NCBI RefSeq assembly: GCF_000315625.1
Contig: NW_005434558.1
Location: forward strand, 122,262 to 186,261
Direction of reading: 5' to 3'
DNA length: 64,000 nucleotides
DNA from: Guillardia theta CCMP2712
Lineage: Eukaryota; Protista; Cryptophyta
Of this stretch, positions 46,561-59,776 are shown piece by piece. Within the stretch, counting starts at the first letter, position 1. Every line of letters starts with the position of its first letter. The translations under genes and the position numbers were made by a program. Below the pieces are notes generated by a model. The model did not search any database. It saw only the letters and a program-made list of their open reading frames with translations, and was not told the origin of the DNA.

Positions 46561-49545
46561 TCACATAACAATACCAGCACTTGAGGACTCACCACGGCTG
46601 AGGAGATGGGGATGGTCGGCGTGGTTGAGATGATGAAGAGGCAGGATGCCTCAGGCAACTTGCCCGGCACGATCTTGGGCATCTCCCACACTCGGATGGT
46701 AGTATCCTCCGATGCAGAGATCACCTAGTGAAACGTATGAGGGAGAGAAGAGCAAGGAAAGCTAACAAAGATTTCGCGAGCGAGGAGCGGAAGAAGTGAG
46801 GAAGGTCGAGCTGGCATCTGCGGGAATACAGGACGAGGGCAAGGAGACGGAGGTACAGTGGGAGAGGAACGAAGGAAGCAAGAGGGGTGCAGACGACGGA
46901 CAAGGATTGTGATTGCGATGGGCAAGATAGAGAGGAGAAGACAGAAATGCATTCTTACCTTAGTCTCAGCTGGATTGAGAGCCACTGAGTGAACGGCTCC
47001 TTCATGCCCCTTGGAAAGCAGATTAGGAAGCAGATCAAGTCAAGGAGAAGGAACAAAAAGAAGACGAGGGAGGGCGAGACCGAAGGCGAGTCTCCGGAGA
47101 GCATCTTACCTCGAAGACGTGCAGGGAGCTGTCCCAGTCGAAGAGGACGGTGCCATCATCCCGCTCAATCCGGTAGACCTGACGATCGAGAAAACGTGAG
47201 CGTATGAGCTTAGGAGGAGGAGGTTTCAGTGGGTTGAGTCAGGTGGATCAGGAGGAGAGAGGAGTGAGGAGAGAGGGAGTACACTCCTCGTCTTGCTTAC
47301 CGGGTTTCGCATCCTCTCGCTGAACGAGCACAACGTCCTCTTGATCCTCTTCGCCGGGATGTGACGCACATCTGAGAAGCTGTCAGGACAGCAGAGCCTC
47401 ATCCAAGAGCAGGTACCGCATTGCTGGCGGAAGAAGAAGCCTGTCTCGGAGAACCTGATCTTCAATTTGATGATCTACATGTGTGGCGTTACGAATGTTC
47501 TGTCGCACCGCAACAACAAGGCATCCTCACCTCGTCTGTCTCAAGCTCCATGCTATCTTCCGTCTCCCCGGGCGTCATTTCATCCTCGATCGAGAGGATG
47601 GAGTAGCCTGCTCCAACGGGATCAACATAGCGCACAGAGCCCTGCACGAGCAGAGCACCGGCTGTTCCTTCAGCGAAGCGATCGTCAAGCACCATGTCGG
47701 TATTGACAGTATTCTAAACAGAGAGGGTGAGAAAAATAACGTCTCCTCCTCTTTGTCCCTCCGGTCCTCTTCTACCTGCCCATCCCAGAATCGGATGGTC
47801 CCGTCATCGCCGCAAGAGATCAGAGTGGCTGATTTGGATGCCCAAATCACGGAGTTGACAGACCTGCCGAAGTCTCAGCGGCATAGCTTCAAGGCAGTGG
47901 CAAAAACAGGACGGAAGAGACAACAGACGACGGGCTATCGACTCTGACCAACGAGCTCAGAGGTTTCTTACCCTTGATGCCCCTTGAGGGTGCGCAGCCA
48001 ACCGCTTGACGTGTAGACGATCTCTCCGTTGTCCACGTTGACGTATTGAAACCTTGATTAGTTGTCAGACAATCTAACAAGCAGCCAATCAAGTCTCAAG
48101 ACACCGCGCTTCCAATTGTCTTCCCCACCCATCATAGTCCTGCAGCTTGCAGAGCCTCATTGGAGCGGAGAACTCCTACCATCACATGTCATTCCTTGCA
48201 CCTTCAGCAGCCGGATCCTACGTCTCTCTCCCATCGGAACCTCTGCTCCGAACCATCCGTGATAAGTTCATCCTGCCCAACATCAAGGGAGGTTCGAGAG
48301 AGGACAGCAGCGCGGATTCATCCTACCTCCATGTGAAGGTGGGAAATATGCCGCAATGCAGGTATGTGCATCTTGGAGCGGTTCTGAGCGTTAGCACTGA
48401 TGTCGACAGAGATCAGATCCGGCAGCATGACGGTGCAGGCATCACAAGCACCTGAATCCCATGTCCACCAGCGGCTCGCCGTTCTCAACATCCCACACCC
48501 TGATGGTCCCATCCATGCTTGAAGAAACCAGCGACCTAGTTACCAGTGTGTCAGGCGATCCGAGAGCAACAAGGCACAGATCATACTTGTCATCGGCAGA
48601 GAACTGCACCGAGGTGACAAACGCCCAGTGTCCCGTCAAGACGCACTTCTCCCGGACCCACTTCTTCCCGTCGTCCATCACCTTGAGCTGGCTGACGCGA
48701 ATGATCGGCTTGTCTCCCCCGCCCGATGCCAGCATGAGAGGGTTCTGATTCGCCCATGTCACGCAGGTGACAAACGAGTCGTGCGCAGAGGTCGAGGCAA
48801 TCTCCTTGAACCCAGAGCATTCAAAGAGCCTTAGGTACTTGTCCTGAGAGCCGGTTGCCAGCATCGTCCCATTGCAGTTGAAAGCAACCCCACACATCGG
48901 GAGGCGGCTCGGAGTCCCCAGAGTCCGAATGAACGCTCCTGAATGAGCGTTGAACATGTTCACCTCTCCGCTCTTGCACGCCGTCACCAGCTGGTTCGAC
49001 CCAGGGTAGATCGACACCTTGGTGATGGGCATCTCGTGGCCCTCAACACACCTCACGTTGATGGTCGAGCTTGCACTCTTGACACAGTCGTACAGCGCCC
49101 ACATGCCGTCATTGACCTTGTGTGAGAACTGAGCGAACGGAGGAGGGTCGAAAGTTGGAGCGCTCTCTGCTCCCTTGCTGTCTCCCTTCTCCTCGGTGAG
49201 GCTCTCGAGCCCTTGCAAAAGTTCTTTCGGGGTTGTCTTCTCGCTCTCCCTCCTGATGAGCTCCGCCATCCCCTCGGTAGACAGAGACTTGGAGAAGATA
49301 GGATCCTGCCGCTGGGAGAGCTTCTTCGGATGGAATGACCCTACGCTGCTGCTGTTGCTAGACGAGTCCGATGGCGTCCTTTGTGCCGAGCCGTGCTGTT
49401 TGCTCTTGTCCGAGAAATCCAAGCTCCGAGGAGCCTCGACAGCAGAGTTCTGACTCATATCCTCCTCTGACCCGCTCCCAGCCTGGCTCGACTTTCTCTT
49501 CTCCCCCTGGTCCTTGGCTTTGAGCTTACTAGATTTCACCCCCAT
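46183..49545 (-). CDS. WD40-repeat protein, multi-exon, with N-terminal myristoylation-type motif
   Basis: MGVKSSK; GHEMPITKV, LATGSQDKYLRLF, GHWAFVTSVQFS, SSSMDGTIRVWD, SCGDDGTIRFWD, SASEDTTIRVWE. Confidence 0.85.
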
Positions 49546-51165
49546 ACTGCTATCAATTCCTGAACAACAGCAACGGCCCGGGACTTTGACGGGTGGTCAC
49601 GATCGATCGCCCCCAAGAGTGCTGCACCAAGAAACAAGAAAGCTTGATCCCGAGGAAGAAGAAATGCCACGTAGTGCTTTCACAAGCAAATGATCATCTC
49701 ATGTAGCTCCTTCAGTGAAGAAGTCAGTCCAAGAGAGTGTAAATAGCAAGCTTCGTTCAAACATACAAACTCTATCTCACTTGCAACTACAACATACTGG
49801 TACGATTTTCCATATACCCATCAGTGCGAGGATTGTAAGAAAATGTCAACAGGCATTCACTTTGCTCATCATATTCCCGCGCCTATAAAAGATCGCACAT
49901 CGCATGTTACAGCAAAGCACGGCATTAGAGGCTGCAACTCAGCAAGAATATCACGTACGATTCTACTTTTCTCAACAAGATAATCTTGCTCTCATCTTTC
50001 AGATAGGATGTGTGCTATTAAGCACGCACGACTCTGCGAAGGAAGTACATCTCTACAACTCCGCTTCAAGGAAACACAGCTTCCAATCGCATGAACTGAC
50101 ATCTTCCCGCCTGTCCATCTTACACATCATTGCAATCGTCTACCTCTCCTTCCGGTCAACAAGCGCCCTTCACCTGTCCTGTCCTTCTCCAGCCGCTGAC
50201 CCTTCCTTCCTATCAACCCTGCCGACATCACATCGCGTTGATCCCTCATCCCCACACATTTCGCGGCAATATTAACTAAAACGACAGCGAAAATGCTTTT
50301 TCTGGTACTATATTTACAATAGTTAAAACTTTTACTACCATGTCGACTTATACGCATTTCCACTGGTAGCTTAAAGTTTCCGCAAGTTGTACGAACTCAT
50401 CAAGAGACAATAACTTTAAAAGTATGTTTGTACCAGATCAATGCCAGGTACATAAGTTGAGTAAAGAACTTTGCAGGGTTGCCTGCGTGAACGCACTGTT
50501 CCGTATGGCAACCCCACTTCTTGAACCTTTTTATCAAATTTCCTTTTGACCTTCACATATTTTATATGTATAAATTTGAAAATTAATAAGACATTTTGAA
50601 GATATTGTCCCAAGTTTGATGTTTACCCCTCAGGTAGACCAACCTTGTCAAAACGTCCACATATTGCAACGATTCGAAGCGACGCTGACATGGACACGGA
50701 CTTTTAAAACTATGATCTATAAAATTGTTTTACAAGACGGTTATATCGCAGCGTTGTTGCAACCGTAGCCTTCAGCAACGGTCCTTGCGTCTTTGAAACC
50801 GATCACGAGTCACTATGTAACGGTTTTAACGTTCTGAAACTTGTGGCGGCCACGACAGTATGGCGGGAATTGTGGTAGGTTGAGGGGAGAGAAGGAGAAA
50901 AGTGAAGCAGAGAGCGAAGGAGACAGCAAGGAGAGGCAAGAAAATCATTTCAAGACAGAGCAGGATGCAAACAATGTCGTCGAGAAATGTGCAACATGGC
51001 GGATAAGCAAGGACTGCAGACAAGGTGATGGCGGTAATAGCGTGTTTCACGGTTCCCCTGCGGTAGAGGGATTGGCTCATCGCTCAATTGGCATCGTACC
51101 ATCGTGCTGCTATCTTGTCAAATTTCTCCCCGGACAGGATAAGTTCTTAAATTGACTACAAGAAG

Positions 51166-54100
51166 ATGAAGCAGCCAAATACGAGGATCTCGCCCCGTCG
51201 TCTCCTTCTCTTCTTCGCAATACTTCAATTGCAGGGGTTTTGCTTCTGTCAGCTAGGTACCTGCTGCTTGTCAGCCTGTCGTTTGTCCTCTCCTGTGTGA
51301 CAAGCGTGCGCAGGAAGTGATGGTTTCCCCATCAAGCTAGAAGAGACCCCTCCCGGCTTCGGGTTCCATGACGGACTGAAGCTCGCGCCTGACATGGAGG
51401 AGGAGCAGTATGATCCCCTTCCCAAGTTGAGCTCCTTGCAAGGTGGGTCGCTTGACATAGCAGCATCCGCTTCACCCACTTGACGCTGAATTGATAGAGG
51501 ACATGCGAGCCCCGCCAACCCTTCAGGACTCACCCGCAAGCTCGTTTCTTGACCGAAGATCGGATCCCCGAAGTCAGTTTGGGAGCCAAGGAGAGGGAAT
51601 TGAGGACATGTCCTCGTTTTTCAAGCAGCGAGACTCGTCCCCTGGCAGCTTCTCCATGCCGGACAACGACTTCACCCCCTCGGGTCTCGCGCCTGACCCT
51701 GAGCCAGCCGTTGGAGGTGGACAATGTTACTTTTTCACGATCCCCCCTCACGACTATCTAGGCAAGATGAAAGGGATTCCTGCAGATGATTCGTCGCTGG
51801 CAAAGGAAGTAAGCATGCTGTCGCCCCGTCTTGTAGTTCTCTAGCCATCTTCTCCTCTGCTCCTCTTGGCGACTCTCCTGCTGCTGTATCTGATGATCAC
51901 TTGTCAGACAACCAGTCGCAGCAAGAAAGACGCTGCTGCCTTCCAAAAGCGAGGTGGGAATGAGAGGAGAGCGAATCAGTCGTTTGAATCCGTCCCGGCT
52001 GGCAAGGTGAGATGAGGGGTTTCTCCTGGTGCAATGATGAGCGGAGGTTTCCTGTTTGAGCCCTTCACCTCATTTGAATGTGCATGTATCCTGGATAGCA
52101 AGTTGACTCTGTTTGTGATGGGATTGTTTTTCATTGCAGAGGAAAACCAAAGATGCATCGCGTGACAGAGAAACGAAGAAGGTCCTTCCTTGTCTTGCTT
52201 TTGATTTTGAACATGACTTGCTGCCAGACATCGCTGGACGACCTTGATTTCCTGACAAGCGCTCTGCCCGAGGATGTACCGGCAGAGCAGGAGAAGGTGT
52301 CGACGCTCCATGGGGCTAACGTTTCTTTTGATCCTTCACGCAGCAGGCACAAGCTGGGGAACAGTCGAGCTGGTGGTCAAACCTATTTGGGTCCTCCTCC
52401 GCTTCCTCCTCCTCCGCTTCCTCCAAGACGGAAGTGAAAGACCGCAAGGTCTTGAACGCTTGTTTTGCATGGTCAAACTTTCTCACGAGCTGCGGGCCAG
52501 CAGGCAGGCAAGCAAGAGAGTCAGAGGCCGGCGGCTGAGAAGCCGAAGGCCGAGGGGCAGGAGAGGAAGGGGAAGGAGCAGGAGGCGACCAACGAGGTCA
52601 AGAAGAGCCAGCAAATGTCTGACGATGCTATCGCCGAGATGTACAAGAGGTTGTCTGCAGCTGCAAAGGATCCAGCACCTGCCTCGCCCTCTCCATCAGC
52701 ATCAGCATCGTCAACAACAACATCAGCCTCTTCCCCTTCCCCGCCCCCATCCCCCTCGTCTCCCGCAACGTCAAGAAAGCAGAAAACAGTCCCGAACGCG
52801 CCTCCTGCACCTCCAGGCTCTCCTGTAGAGGATCCTCTCGCTGCTGCGGGTAGCTTGCACGGGTATCCGCATGAAGCTGCTGCTGTGGAGAGTGACTGCT
52901 GCGAGCAGGCAAGAGACGGGAAGGGGAGCAGCTGGCAAAGAGGCTGAGATCTCTCAAGGTAGATTCCTCCTGATAGCATACGCTTCCCTCAACCTCTTGT
53001 TCGCCCTTTCCCCGTACTCCTTCCTGCCTACCTCTCGACCGCTCTTGCTCCCTCCACATTGACCCCTTGTGCAGAAGAACGGTTTTGCAAGGAGATTGCA
53101 GGGCCGTACGCGATGTTCGACAAGAAGGAAGGTATCGGCTCGTAGCCGCTGCGTCGGTGTGCTGACGCCTTCTCAGGGGCATGTAGGTGCCAAGACGGCT
53201 ACGAGGAGGACGAGAGGGGGAAGTGCGTAAGACAGAAAAAGGCCGACAAAAGGATGAAGGAGGGAGGAAAGGCCTCAGCTGGGGTTCCAGCAGGAGGCCC
53301 AGCTCCGGGTGCAGGAGGAAAGGGGGGAGGAGATCCTCTCGAGTTCCCCGTGAGGTCCGGTCGGAAGAAGCAGGCGACTGGTATAGCCGAGGAGGAGGAG
53401 GAAGAGGAGGAACTCCTGACGGGCTGCACAGCAGAGGAGGAGACCCTTGTGAAGTCGGAGGCGCCCAGTGACCTTTACCTCAACTTTGACACGCAGACGT
53501 CAAGAGATCCAACGTAAGATCGATACTCATCATCGCATTTACCACCATCATCTCACTCCTTTTCACCCTCTCAATCCTGTTCCAGCTTCTTTCTAGTCCT
53601 TGGCATTGTCCTTGACTTGTTTGTTCATGCTTCTAGTCATCGTTTGTTCAGTTTCTACCCCCATCATCACACCCTCTGTTCCTTCCTATTCTTTCTTGAC
53701 GGCTGTCTGCAGACTGCAGCATTCTCGAAGACGTAACCTCTCCTCGTCTCCCCCTCCACCAGCTTGTTGAGTTTTTGTGATTTTGCAGCTGAGGAAGGAA
53801 AATCTAGTGGGGAAAGGAAGAGAAGGCCGAGGCCTCCCAATCAGGTTCCGAGGGTACATGATGAATGCTAAGGACTCAAACTTACAGCAGGAGAGCGTCG
53901 CTCCTCCCAAGTCAGGAAGGAAAAGGATTCCTGCGCCCCCTCCTCTGGTGCGGACAATCATCTTCCATCCCCGTCCCAACAACTTGTGTCTACTGTATTT
54001 CTCTTTCCCGTTAGCTACACGAACAAACGATACTTTCTTCCTTCTTCCTCCTCCTATTCCTCCTCCTCCTCTTCTTCCTCCTCCCCTTCCCCTCTCCATC

Positions 54101-56762
54101 CTTTTCCTCCTCTTACTCTCCCAACAACACCACAGTTTGCTCTCGTTGTTCGTGTCTTAATCTTGTTCCTTCTCTGCTCCCCCTCGCTCTCGTTGCCTCA
54201 CCTGACATCACTGCAGGGCAATCAGAGTGGAAAACGCTCCCAGGCTCTGCTCCCGCCAGCTAACGAAGACTTCGGGCAGGTGGGAACTTGTTTGCGGGAT
54301 CGTGTCAAGTTTGACACCTTGGGCAGCTGGTAACGAGGTACGGTTCGGCTGTAATGGGGCGCATCACCAAGGTTTTTCTTCGTGCTCGTAGCGCAGCTGG
54401 GAAGGTGCTAAGGTTGGGATGGCAGTGGGTCGCCGTTTGGAAGATGCGGATGGGGAATTTCGTGCGGGGGATCGGTGAGCTAGGGAGAGAAGAATGAGAC
54501 GGCTGACGTGTTTTTACAGAGATGAAGAATGAGTTGATTGTTCATCAAGGAAGGTGAGCGGGAGAGATTGTAAGGGGGTCATAGGACGAGGATGAGGACG
54601 AAGGAGCAGGAGCAGGAGCAAGGAGCAGGGAGAGAGGGTGAAGTTGGGAGAAAATGTTGATGTAGGCAGTACAGTAGCAGGGTGAGGGGCGGAAGGAGCA
54701 GGAAATGGAACCGATGGCTTGAGAGGGGATGACAAGATTTCTGTGCAGTGCAAAAGTCAGCGACGAACTTTACTGGGATGTGGATGGGAGAGACGCGGAG
54801 GTCAGGAGAAGATTCAGACGCTTCAGGTTGATAACGCTGACGCAGTCGGTGGAGAGATATTGGCGGCAGAAAGGAAGAGCTGAGGCCGAAGAATGCATGA
54901 AAATGCACGCAAAGACCCAGGTAACGTTGAGGAGGACATGAAGTGGGAAAGGGAGGAGAGAACAGAAGAGAGAGGGAGGATCATGAAGGAGAAGCGACAA
55001 GAGTTGTGTGAAAAATGTGGAAAGTTTATGAAAGTGATGATGATGATGATGAGATGATGATGATGATGATGATGACGACGACGACGACGACGATGATAGA
55101 GATGGCAATGGCGATGACGGTAACAATGATGAACTTCTTATTTGTTGCACTGCAGGAGAAACTGTTGGACTCACACGAAGGTGATAATTCTTTATCGATG
55201 ACAACTGACTTGTTGCGGGGTTTCGTTGCTCACCATCTCAACGAATTCCCGTACGTCTTTTCTGATTTACCTCTAACAGAAATCAAGTCGCTCAAGAATG
55301 CAGTGACTGCACTGAACTCGACCCTTCTTGAAGCTCAGGTACCTCCCTACACACCTGCGTCCCTCCATTTTGTTTTCCATGCTCGTTACCCGTTCTTCCC
55401 CTTTTGTTTTCTTCTCCTCCCCCTCCTCCTCCTTCCCTTCCATTTTTCGTCCTCCAAGCGCCTCATGTCAGGACTTCATCGAGAGCCTCACGAACGAACG
55501 AAATCTCCTGAAGAGCCAAAGATCAAAGCTTGGAGAAGTACGAATTTTTGTTTCGATGATGACCATGATCGTGATATCATGATCATGATGATGATCATGA
55601 TGATAATGCGGAGGAAGGAGTCAGGGAATTTCATCACTTAACAATATGCAGATCCTTGAAAACTGCAGCAAAACCCAAAAGGTGATCTTGATGTATTGAG
55701 TTTGATAGTGCTGAGATGGATTTTAAGGAACTCATCTACACGAGAGAGGAGAAGGAGAAAGTGGAACTGGCGCTGCAGGAGGCCAGGGAGAGTAAGGTGA
55801 AAGAAATGAATCTCCTCCCTTCGACATGTCTGACTGCTGCTGCTCCGTCTGCTGCTGCTCAGGTCAAGGTTAACTCGAAGCTGCTGGAGGTAGTCGACGA
55901 GAAAGTTGAGCTGGAGAGGTCGAGCAAACTGACTTCTGTTGAGTCACGCTGACATGCGTCATGTGTAGGATGTACGAGCAGCAAGTTCTGCTAAGCTACG
56001 ACCTCAAGAAGAACGTACATGTCCTGAAGCAACAACTGTCCTCCAACACATCGCGGGTCTGGATTTCTTGACCTCCTCGCCCTCCCCCTGAGCGCCTCTG
56101 CTGCAGATCGCCGAGCTGGAGGGGCTGGTGAAGTCACTGCAAGAGAGACAGCAAGAGGACAAGAAGGCGGCAAGCCAGGAGGAGGAGCAGAGCAAGTGGG
56201 AGGAACCTTGGTTTCAGCTTCCCTCCTTACACTCTGCCAGGAGGGCAGTGGATGACCAGGATGCCAAGTTGCTGGAGGATCTAAGGAGAAAGGAGGAAGA
56301 GATTTCTGAGGTCCCTGACCAGCTTCTGCTTTTACGCTCGCCATGACTAGCAAGTGCAGCTGAAGAACGAGATTAAGAGCATGCAGGAGCAGCTTTCCAA
56401 ACAGGTTGCTCTCCTGACCCTTCTTGGCTATCCTCTTCCCACCCCGCTCCTCCTCCTCCTCCTTCTCTTCCTGCTCCTCCTCCCCTCTCCTGTCCTGTCC
56501 TCGTCTCTCCTCTCTTCTCCTGTCCTGTCCTGTCCTCTCCTGTCCTGTCCTCGCCTCTCCTCTTTCTCCCTCTCCTCCTGTTCTTTCACTTTGTCGTTTG
56601 TTCTTCGTCACTCTGCTCCCCTTACACTTTCTTCATCGCCATTACTCACTAGTGCCTTCAGCTCTCCACAGCGCAACCGCAAAAGACGGAGGAGCAGCAG
56701 CAAGACTCTTCCTCATTCTGCTGCTCGCAGGTGAGGCAAGCGAGGGGAAGTCACTCGGCTGA
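51166..56762 (+). CDS. large multi-exon hypothetical protein(s): signal peptide, P/S-rich, Cys-containing and coiled-coil parts (may be two genes)
   Basis: MKQPNTRISPRRLLLFFAILQLQGFCFC signal; CQDGYEEDERGKC; coiled-coil exons 55700-56400. Confidence 0.4.
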
Positions 56763-56994
56763 TGTGATGTGACAGACTTGCAATGCTGAATGTTGAAGAA
56801 TAAAAGCTGAAGAATTAATTTCATCTTATGCATTGAATTATCATTCCAATGAATACAACCCTTCCTGCCCCGCCCTCTCCTCCTCCCCTCCTTCCTGCTC
56901 TCCCTTCTTCATTACCTTCGCTGGTACAGCTTAATTCCTGATTATTCTCCTCCTCCCTCCTCTCTCGCTCGATCGTCGGGCGGCTCCGCTCTTC

Positions 56995-58228
56995 TCAGAG
57001 TTCTTCGTACGTGCTGTAGAGCCTCTGCGGTGCGTCCTCGGGGATCAGCTCCAGGTGGGGGAACTTGTAGAGGTCAGGGCTGCGCCGGTGGGGGATCACC
57101 CGAGCTTCGATCTTGTGCAGGACTTCCTGCTTCTCCCTCGGGTGGTAGAAGTCGGAGGAGGAGGAGGAGGAGGACGACGACGACGACAGGCTAGCAGCGG
57201 CTGACTGTGAGCTTTCTTGCAGTGAGGAGTGGGAGGAGCGCTCCTCGAACGCATTCATGCTCTTCAGCTGGCTCATCGCCTTCCTTGCGTTCATCTCCCT
57301 TTCAGTCGTCGTTACGTACTTCACGCTTCTTCCACCATGCACGCTCTGCTGCGTCCTCTCCTCCCTCACGTTGGAGATCCTCCCAGCCTGATCAGGCTGT
57401 CAGTTGGCCCCAATACTCTCACCCTGCCTCCTGCCTCCTGCCTCCTGCCTCCCTTCTCCGCTTCCCTTACCCTTCCCTTACACGTCCCTCGACTGCTTAC
57501 CAACACGCCTCTATTCTCCTCCTCTCTTGTTCTCGCTTCTCGCTTCCTCTCCTCGCATCATCGTAGTCTCTCCTCGCGCATCCTTCCATCCTCATCCCTC
57601 TATTCTCCTTCCTCCTCAACTCCCTCCTACCCCTACTTCCGCTTCGCTCTCATCGCTCTCCTCTACTCAATGCTGCCCACCGCCTTCCCCCGCCTCTCCC
57701 CCTCAATCGAACGGGCAGTCTTACCGCCACCATGGTGTCTGACACCGTCTGCAGCGGCATCCAGAGGGGATTGACTTTGTTGCTTCCCACAGACGAGTGC
57801 GCTGGTTGGACTAGCGCACAGCAAGGTCAGCCTCTCCTCCCCCCCTCCCGCTGCCTCCTCATTAACTTGCCCTCCTCTCTCTCCCCCTACTCTTTACCTC
57901 CTCCCTGCTCTTCTTCCTTCCTCCTGCCTCTCATTCTTACCAGCCATCCTCGTCTGCTGGTTGCGCGCCCTCCACTCCTCCTCCATCTTCCTGCCATTCT
58001 CAAACATCAGCAAGAGCACAGCAACCCAGGAACTGTAGAGAGGCGAGGAGGGAGGAGGCTGACCTTGCTTCCTCCTTCCTCCTCGTCCTCTCCCTGTTCT
58101 GCCGCCTCATCTCCACCTCCTCCTCCCTGTCGTCGGCGCTGCATGCCTGGCCCATCGCTGTTACAGGCTTTTACGCTTTCGGTACCTCCTAAATGGAGTG
58201 ACAGGCTCGAGGGAACACATAAACACAT
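56995..58228 (-). CDS. hypothetical protein (multi-exon)
   Basis: Coding-like last exon ...DFYHPREKQEVLHKIEARVIPHRRSPDLYKFPHLELIPEDAPQRLYSTYEEL*. Start is uncertain. Confidence 0.4.
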
Positions 58229-58705
58229 CGAGTCCGCCTCAGAATCTGACTAAAAATGCCTCAAGGGCAGAAACGACACTAATCTGTTGGAGTCCTCATG
58301 GCGCAGTGCCGGCCCGGCCCGAGATCGGGGCCCGGGCCGCCCGGCCGCCGGTGACTGCGGCCCGGCTATGATAGTCAGAGCCCGCAGGCCGGGGGCTACA
58401 GGCGCGGGCCCGGGGGGTCTGCGATAGATTGACACTGAGAAGTGAAAGACTCTGAGAAGACAGACGGACGGTGAAGTATGAAGAGATTGATTTGCACAAC
58501 TTGAATTTACAATTTCACCGTATGGTAACCCATCATATCATCGTCATCGTCATCGGATGGTTGGCCCATCATCATCGTCGTCGTCACTGATCATCGTCGT
58601 TATCATCCTCCGAGGCACTCTCTCAGGCTCCTGCTCTACATCCCGTATGCCTGCTCCAATCTCCGATCGGGCTGCCATTCTACCTCTCACAAGGATGGGT
58701 GACAT

Positions 58706-59336
58706 TTACTTCTTGTTCTTCTTTCCTCCTCCAAACTTTGAGTTCCCCTTGAACCTGCGAGGCATCCAGTGAGAAACAAAGAGAAAAACGAAAAGAGATG
58801 CTGATGAAAACAGATTAGTATAACAATGATTGACGTTGCAAAGGAGAGCAGAAGACGTTGTTGTTGTTGTTGGTGGTGGTGGTGGTGGTGGTGGTGGTGG
58901 TGACGATGATGATGAAAGAGATCAAGATGAAGAAGATGGTGGCCATGATGCATAAGGTGCCCGTGTGAGGTGTGTGGTAAAGTCAGAGGTGCGGATGGAG
59001 ATGATTGAGTGCTGATTACCCTCCAGGGAGATTCTTCTGTGTTTTGTTGAAGCTCTTCTTCTTGTGGTGTTTCACAGCACTCACGAGCTCCGATACATCC
59101 TTCTCATCATCCTCGTCCTCTCCTCGACTTCTCTTCCCGTTCTGCAAGACGCGTCAAAGAAGCACAGCAGGGGCAGGAGCAGAGGCAGGATGAGCAGCAG
59201 AAGCAATAGCGGCAGCAGCGGGAGAGAGAAGGAGAGGAGGAAGTTGTGGAGGAGGAGGAGAAGGAGAAGGAAGAGAAGCAGAAGATATGACGGGGAAGGG
59301 GACGAGGACGGGGACGAGGACGGGGACGAGGACGGG

Positions 59337-59379
<43 letters not shown>

Positions 59380-59693
59380 ACGGGGACGGGGACGGGGACG
59401 GGGACGGGGACGGGGACCTTTCGCAGCGCCTCCTCCTTCAATGTCTGGGTTGCAACTCTTTGTGCTTCAGCCACCCGATCTGAAAGCTGCAGGACAATCT
59501 CCTCCTCGCTCGGAAACAATACCATCTTCTTGCCTATCAGCTCCTCTGCCGGAACGTGTCAGCTCTGCTCGCATGCTTGCCTTCTCGCTCTCCAAACATT
59601 CCTGATTACTTGCTTCATCACCACATCATAATATATTCATCATTATCATAATAATAATCGTCGTCATCGTTGTTGTTGTTGTCGTCGTCGTCG

Positions 59694-59776
<83 letters not shown>

